This document shows positions 24,201-37,786 of a DNA stretch of 37,786 nucleotides, piece after piece. The position numbers were made by a program, and so were the translations under genes. Position 1 is the first letter of the stretch, and each line of letters opens with the position of its first letter. This DNA comes from Ministeria vibrans ATCC 50519 (taxonomy: Eukaryota; Protista; Filasterea). The stretch spans positions 1 to 37,786 of the forward strand of contig CALSCP010000099.1 in the NCBI GenBank assembly GCA_943704425.1, in the 5' to 3' direction. Below the pieces are notes generated by a model, which was given only the letters and a program-made list of their open reading frames with translations, did not search any database and was not told where the DNA came from.

Positions 24201-27200
24201 ACGAGCCCTCGCCTTGCATGCGCCACCCTCGACACCCTCGCGCCACGCCGTCTCAGCTCGGTATTTTCCCTGAGCGGCCAGGCCGGTGTGATCGTCGCCG
24301 AACAGACGCTTGTCACCGACCCCACCATTTTGACGTCGACTCTCATTGGCATTCCGGACTCTCCCAACCCTTGGCACATCCACCAGTTTCCCACCCTCGA
24401 CGGCAGCTGCGGTGCCACGCAAGTCGGCGGTCACTACGACCCACTCGACGTCAATCACACCGACTACTCGACGCGCTGTCAGCTCAGCTCGCCAACACGC
24501 TTTCGCGACTGCGAACTCGGCGACATCTCTAACAAGGTTGGCAACCTTGTGTCGGGCACGCCGCAAACATGGTTTGATTTCCACCTGCCTCTCTTTGGAC
24601 GACTTTCTGTCATGGGTCGCAGCTTTGTCATGCATGCAGGTACCACCGGTGCGCGTGTTGGCTGCGCCAACATCGGCTACCCCACCACCGACATCACCAC
24701 GGCAACTGCAAGTTTCCAACTGCCAGACCTTGTGGGCACCATCACGTTGCGTCAGCCGGCCGGCATGCCCGACGCCGAAACTACCATCCTTGTCGACATT
24801 GAGTATGTCAATGCAGCCCTGACCGTGCCCACGTCGGGTCACAAGTGGCATGTGCACACTGACCCGGTTGGCACCGACGCCACCGATGCGACCCTTTCGC
24901 AGCGCTGCCTCTCCGCCGGCGGCCACTACAACCCGCTTCAGGCGAACGTATCGTCCCCGGCGTATGCGACACTCTGCTCGCCGACGACTCCGCTTGCGTG
25001 CGAGCTCGGTGATCTCTCGGGCAAGCATGGGCTCCTCGCTGTACCCTCTACCGGCTCGTCCAAGGTTATGTACACCGATGTGCAGCTGCCTCTGTCAGGC
25101 TCCCTGAGCGTCCTCAATCGCTCCGTTGTGATTCACGCTGCCAACGGCGGTGGACCACGCGTTGCCTGCGCCGACCTTGTTCCGCTGCAACCACGCTCGC
25201 TGAGCGCCTACTTTTTTGGCAACGAGGGCGTCTCCGGCTCGGTCATGTTTACCCAGGCGTACGCCGCCGACCCGACTTTGATCACGCCCTACCTTGTGGG
25301 CTTCACTGGCGCACGTGCATTTAGTCTGCGCGAGTTCCCCGTGGGCGCCCTTGGCGAGTGCACTCTCGACGCCGTTGGAGATGTGTACAACCCAGAGAGT
25401 GTCACTAATGCTAGCTGTGTACCCGGCACGTACACACACGAGGGACTTTGTGCTGTTGGTGATCTCTCCAGCAAGTATGGTACGCTCACCAGCGTCGATG
25501 CGTCCGCGTCGGCACCCAACGGCTACTTCGACTACAGTGTGACGCTGTTTGGACGACGCGCCGTGGTCGGCCGCAGCGTGGTGCTGTCGGCGAACGAGAG
25601 CTTATGGGGCGACTCGATTGCGTGCGGTACCATCGCCTATCCGACCGAGGTGGCACAGACAGTCGTCGTGAGCAGCGTCCAGTCGGCCTCGGGACTTGTT
25701 ACGGGCTCCGTCACACTGCGGAAACTCGACGATGTGCAGTCGACGGTGCACGTGATACTGCACAATGCGGATCCGGCACAGCCCAGCGTGGATCATGGCT
25801 GGGGTGTCTACACGAATGCCCCCAGTGCCGATGGCTCGTGCACCTCGCTTGGCGGTGTCTACGACCCCGTCGGTCTGTTTGGTCTCAGTGGCTGCTCGAC
25901 TGACTCGCCCACGGCGTGTGCGGTTGGTGACCTCACTGGCAAACATGGTCGGCTCTCGGCACCCGCCGGTGCTTCTTCGACACAGTACTTTTTTACCGAC
26001 GAGCAATTGCCGCTCGGTGGCGATTTCTCTGTGCTCACGCGCAGCCTCGTGCTACTCACGGAAAACCAGGGCACACAGGTGAGTTCATGTGCATCAACAA
26101 CGCCACTGGTGGCCCGCACCATCACATCGACGTTCGCCATGAACACCTACTATGGCTCTGTGACGTTGGAGCAGGTAGACGCGCGCTCGCCCACGCGCAT
26201 CACCGTGTCACTCACGGGCGCCGTCCAGACGCCCAACCCATGGCACATTCACAACTTTCCTGTGGTCGATTTCTCGTGCGACGCCAACCAGATTGGCGGA
26301 CACTTCAATCCGTTTGCGGTGGACGCGCAGGCCGTCGACTACTCGACGTTCTGTTCGCCCACCGCACCCACTCGCTTTGGTTCATGCGAGGTGGGCGATC
26401 TCTCGGGTAAGTTTGGTGACCTTGCGGCGAATGCCAACGGCGAATGGTTTGACTATTCGCTGTCGCTGTTTGGGCCCGATGCAGTGGCCGGTCGCAGTGT
26501 GGTGTTGCACAGTGGCACGTTGGGTACGCGTTTGGCGTGCGCATCGCTCGGCTACAATGGTGCCACCGCCGCCGAGCTTGTCACAGCCGTCGCCTACTTT
26601 GACACTGACGACGCGCAAGGCACCATCACCTTCCGTCAGGCTGCCAATGATCCCTTGGCGCCCACCACTGTTTTCCTTGATCTTTGGACATCACAGAACT
26701 TTGAGGCGCCCGGCGTCTCGTGGCATGTGCACTCGAATGCGGTGGGCGCCGACGCCGACGCGCTTCTCTCGTCCGGCAATCGCTGCCAGTCGGTCGGTGG
26801 CCACTACAACCCGAGCGGCGTGGATACGTCAAATGCGGCTGCGTATGCGGCTGCGTGCTCTCCGTCGACACCCAATGCGTGCGAGGTAGGCGATCTCACC
26901 GGCAAGTCGGAGCCTGTCGTGCTACCAGCACTTGGTGCCTCCAAACTCCTCTACTCCATTGGCAACTTGCCACTGTCGGGCTCGGAGAGCATTGTCATGC
27001 GCTCCGTTGTTATCCACCTGCCTGGAAGCTCGGCGCGCTTTGCGTGTGCCACCATCACGCAGCTGACCGCCCGCGAAGTTACGGCGCAGGTAAACATGGG
27101 CGGTGTGTCGGGGACTATTACATTTTCGCAGGTGTACCTCACCGACCCGGTGACGATTGACGTGGACGTGCGCGACCTGTCGGGTGGCCCCAATCCGTGG

Positions 27201-29831
27201 TACATGCGTACGCTTCCCTCTATCGATGACAACACGGGCACCAACGTAGCGTCACCCACCGACTGCCCTTCGGTACTCTACGATCCTTTTGGCCGCCGGT
27301 CCGCCGCCGACTACGACACAGCGTGCACGAGTACCGCTCCGTCACGCTGGGCTGCATGTGCCGCCGGAGACTTTGTCAACAAATTTGGCACTCTTCCTCC
27401 CAATGGCATCATGACGGGTCTCAGCGACCCGACCATATCGCTCTTTGGCCGTCATGCCATTTCGCGACGCTCAGTCCACATCACCATGTCGGCTGCAAAT
27501 ACATTCGCGTCGCTCGCCTGCGGCACCGTTGGCTTCTTTGGCTCGCCAACCACGGTCACGGCAAGCTTCGTGTGGCCTGTGCGCGGTTGGATTACCCTGC
27601 GCCAGGTGGCCGCGTCGCCCTTCTCGTCAACTACAGTCGAATGGAGTCTCGCTCAGGCGAATGCCACGCTGGGCACCACGTCGGGCCACAACTGGCACGT
27701 CCACATGGATCCGGTTGGGTCTGACGGTAGTCAGCACAGTTCGCTTGCCGACCGGTGTCAGTCGACGGGTGCTCACTATGACCCGACTGCGCGTGCCACG
27801 GCCGACGTCGGTGCCTACGACTGTGATGCCGCCGCTCCCTTTGCCACATGCGAAATTGGCGATGAAAGTGGCAAACTTGGTTCGCTCAGTGTGTCCACGT
27901 TGCTCTCAAGCCGACAGCTTCTGGTCGACGCAAGCCTGCCGCTGGCCGGTGCGCTCAGCGTCGCCGGACGCTCGATTGTCATCCATGGTGCCGCTGGTGT
28001 TGCCCAACGTCTCGCGTGCGCCACCCTCCAGGTGCAGGAGACTCGCGTGCTCAAAGCAACGTTGGGCACTGGCTCGCAGGGCGTGTCGGGCAGCGTGACT
28101 TTGTCGCAGGACTACGAGGGTGCCCACACCACGGCGAGCGTGTCGGTGACAGGTTTGCCTGCGGGCGGTGCCAAGTGGTACGTCCAGTCGCTGCCGGTCG
28201 CGTCTGGTGCCTCCGTGTGCGATGCAGCCGCCGTTGGCGACGTGTACAATCCTGCCGCCGTGAGCACGACCGAACCGGCGTACAGCACAGACTGCACGCT
28301 CACCTCACGCATTCGTCAGCAGGCCTGTCGTCAGGGTGATCTTGCTGGCCGCCTTGGGTCCCTGACACAGTCAGTGAGTAGCTTCGACGTGGCCGCCTTT
28401 GTGCTGCCGCTGTTTGGCCGGCAGAGTGTACAGGGCCGTTCCATTGTGCTCACGGACGCATCCACGGACGCTCCACTTGCGTGCGGTACGCTTGAGCGCG
28501 AAGGAGCAACCGTCGTGACGGGCACGGTGGCCTTTAGCTCGGGGCAGTTGCGCGGGACCATTATCATGACGCAGGAACTCGGCGTGCCCAATGGCGACAC
28601 GACACTCGTGGTGGACGTCGGCATTGCGTCGCGTCGTCGCGCCGCCGCTGTGTCAGGCAGCGCCTACAGCTGGGGTGTGCGCGACGGGGCAGCTTCGTCG
28701 GGCGGATGCAACGCATTGGCAACCGCGTTCAACCCAACCGGCGCGTCTACGTCGGGCTGTTCCGCCAGCACACCCAATCTTTGTGCCATGGGTGACCTTT
28801 CGGGAAAGTTTGGTCTGCTGACACTGCCCGCCACGGCAGCTCAGCGCCAAGTGTTCACCGACTCGACTTTGCCATTGCAGGGCCCCTTCTCGGTGAAGGA
28901 CCAGTCGATGAGCGTTGCGTCGCCGACCAATTCGTCTGACCCGGTTGCTTGCACTGCCTTGACCACGGACTACACCGAAGAGACGCCTCCCGACCCGAAT
29001 ATCGGTGGCTCCGGCGGTGGCTCCTCCTCGGGCGGCATCATTGCCGGTGTAATTATCGGTCTCATTCTGCTCGTTTTGATTGTCATCTTCTTTGTGGTTC
29101 GACGCAAGCGCTCGCAGCGCACCAAGTACGTGACGCAGTCGTACACGGCGTCGGTCGCGTCCAATGCCGCGCCCGTCGGTCACAACCCTATCTACGATTC
29201 GCGGGCCGCACCCACTGTTGCACCCACTGCCTCTGCTGCTGCGCCCGCGCCGCGCACGGGTCCGCGTCCAGAACGATACCGTGCGCTCTATGCGTACACT
29301 GCCAATGCAGTGGACGAGCTTGAATTGCAGGCGGGCGACGAGGTCGACGTAACTTCGCAGCAAGCCGACGGCTGGTACGTAGGCAAGAATCTGCGCACGC
29401 GCAAGTCGGGCATCTGTCCCGGAAACTATCTGGAGAAGTCAGCGAACTCGACAAGCCAACTGCAGGCTGGCGTGCAGGCGGCCGACGCTCGAATTGCTTC
29501 GCTCCAGCAGCAACAGCGAAGCAAAGCGCCCTCGCGGCCCACCTCAGGCCACATCTACGATTCGGTGCCCCGCCAACCGCGTAAGTCCGCGCCAGTCCCG
29601 CGCAACCCAAGTGTCGGTAACGCACGCCCCCCGTCGCGCCCCACCTCGTCAGCTACGGGCGCTCCGCCACGCCCCGCCCCACGCCCGTCATCCGTCACCT
29701 CCGCCGCCCCGGCCCTCCCTGCGCCTCGTTCCAGCTCCACCACCACGACCGGCCCTGCTAAGCCTCCGCGTGCTCCCTCGACTAACCCACCTGCGCGTCC
29801 TCCGCGTCCCGCTTCCCGTCCCGTGCAATAA
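21227..29831 (+). CDS. Type I membrane protein of about 2817 aa: signal peptide, 16 Cu-only SOD-like repeats (CSRP-like), TM helix, SH3 and Pro-rich tail
   Basis: Exons 21227-21302, 21385-21580 and 21650-29831 splice in frame (8454 nt). Signal peptide MTHQLLGRLVFLSALLALADA. 16 repeats follow the pattern WHxH...C..GGHYNP...C...CE(V/L)GDLSGK.G...GRS.VIH...R.ACA. TM at 29037-29099 (IIAGVIIGLILLVLIVIFFVV followed by RRKR). SH3 at 29271-29438. Confidence 0.93.
29271..29438 (+). other. SH3 domain in the cytoplasmic tail of the SOD-repeat protein
   Basis: YRALYAYTANAVDELELQAGDEVDV...DGWYVG...SGICPGNYLEK carries the ALYxY, ELxLxxGD, GW and PxNY signatures. Confidence 0.93.
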
Positions 29832-29937
29832 TAACAGCTTTTTATCTTTCTTCCCCTCCTTCCCTTTTAATATTGTTCAAACTCATTCTATTGAAATACG
29901 TCTTATAATATTTTTAAAAGAAAAACAAAAGGTGTGT

Positions 29938-37710
<7,773 letters not shown>

Positions 37711-37786
37711 CTGCACACACACAACAGAGACAAGTGTTAAAAACGACACTCGATCACTTTCTTCATTTTTTTTTTTTTTTTTTTTA

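Noticed and set aside
28620-28650. SRRRA as a furin shedding site in SOD domain 16
   Set aside because: Lacks the P4 Arg of R-x-x-R, so it is too weak to call.

Overview
Gene-dense eukaryotic genomic DNA with short GT-AG introns, microsatellite-rich introns and intergenic spacers of about 70-375 nt. Gene content resembles a unicellular holozoan (inference). In order: Rac GTPase (5' truncated), dynactin p22/DCTN3, the XRCC1 3' half, a DnaJ 5' half, UBE2G1, an orphan first exon of a small NUUM-like complex I subunit, ATR, CENP-P, ZNHIT2, an RGS protein, a giant SOD-repeat membrane protein and PI4K III-alpha (5' truncated). The standout is a predicted 2817-aa type I membrane protein (21227-29831). 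It has a signal peptide and 16 tandem Cu-only SOD-like domains arranged as 4 x 4, of which 9 keep the full Cu/catalytic signature and 7 are degenerate. These are followed by one TM helix and a cytoplasmic tail with NPxY, SH3, an HIYDSV Nck-type motif and PxxPxR repeats, making it a candidate ROS-processing signalling receptor. A second oddity is two apparent chimeric genes (DnaJ/XRCC1 and NUUM-like/ATR) whose junctions both fall at the same intronic minisatellite. Misassembly is the leading explanation. All exon structures were deduced by hand, and no database searches were run.
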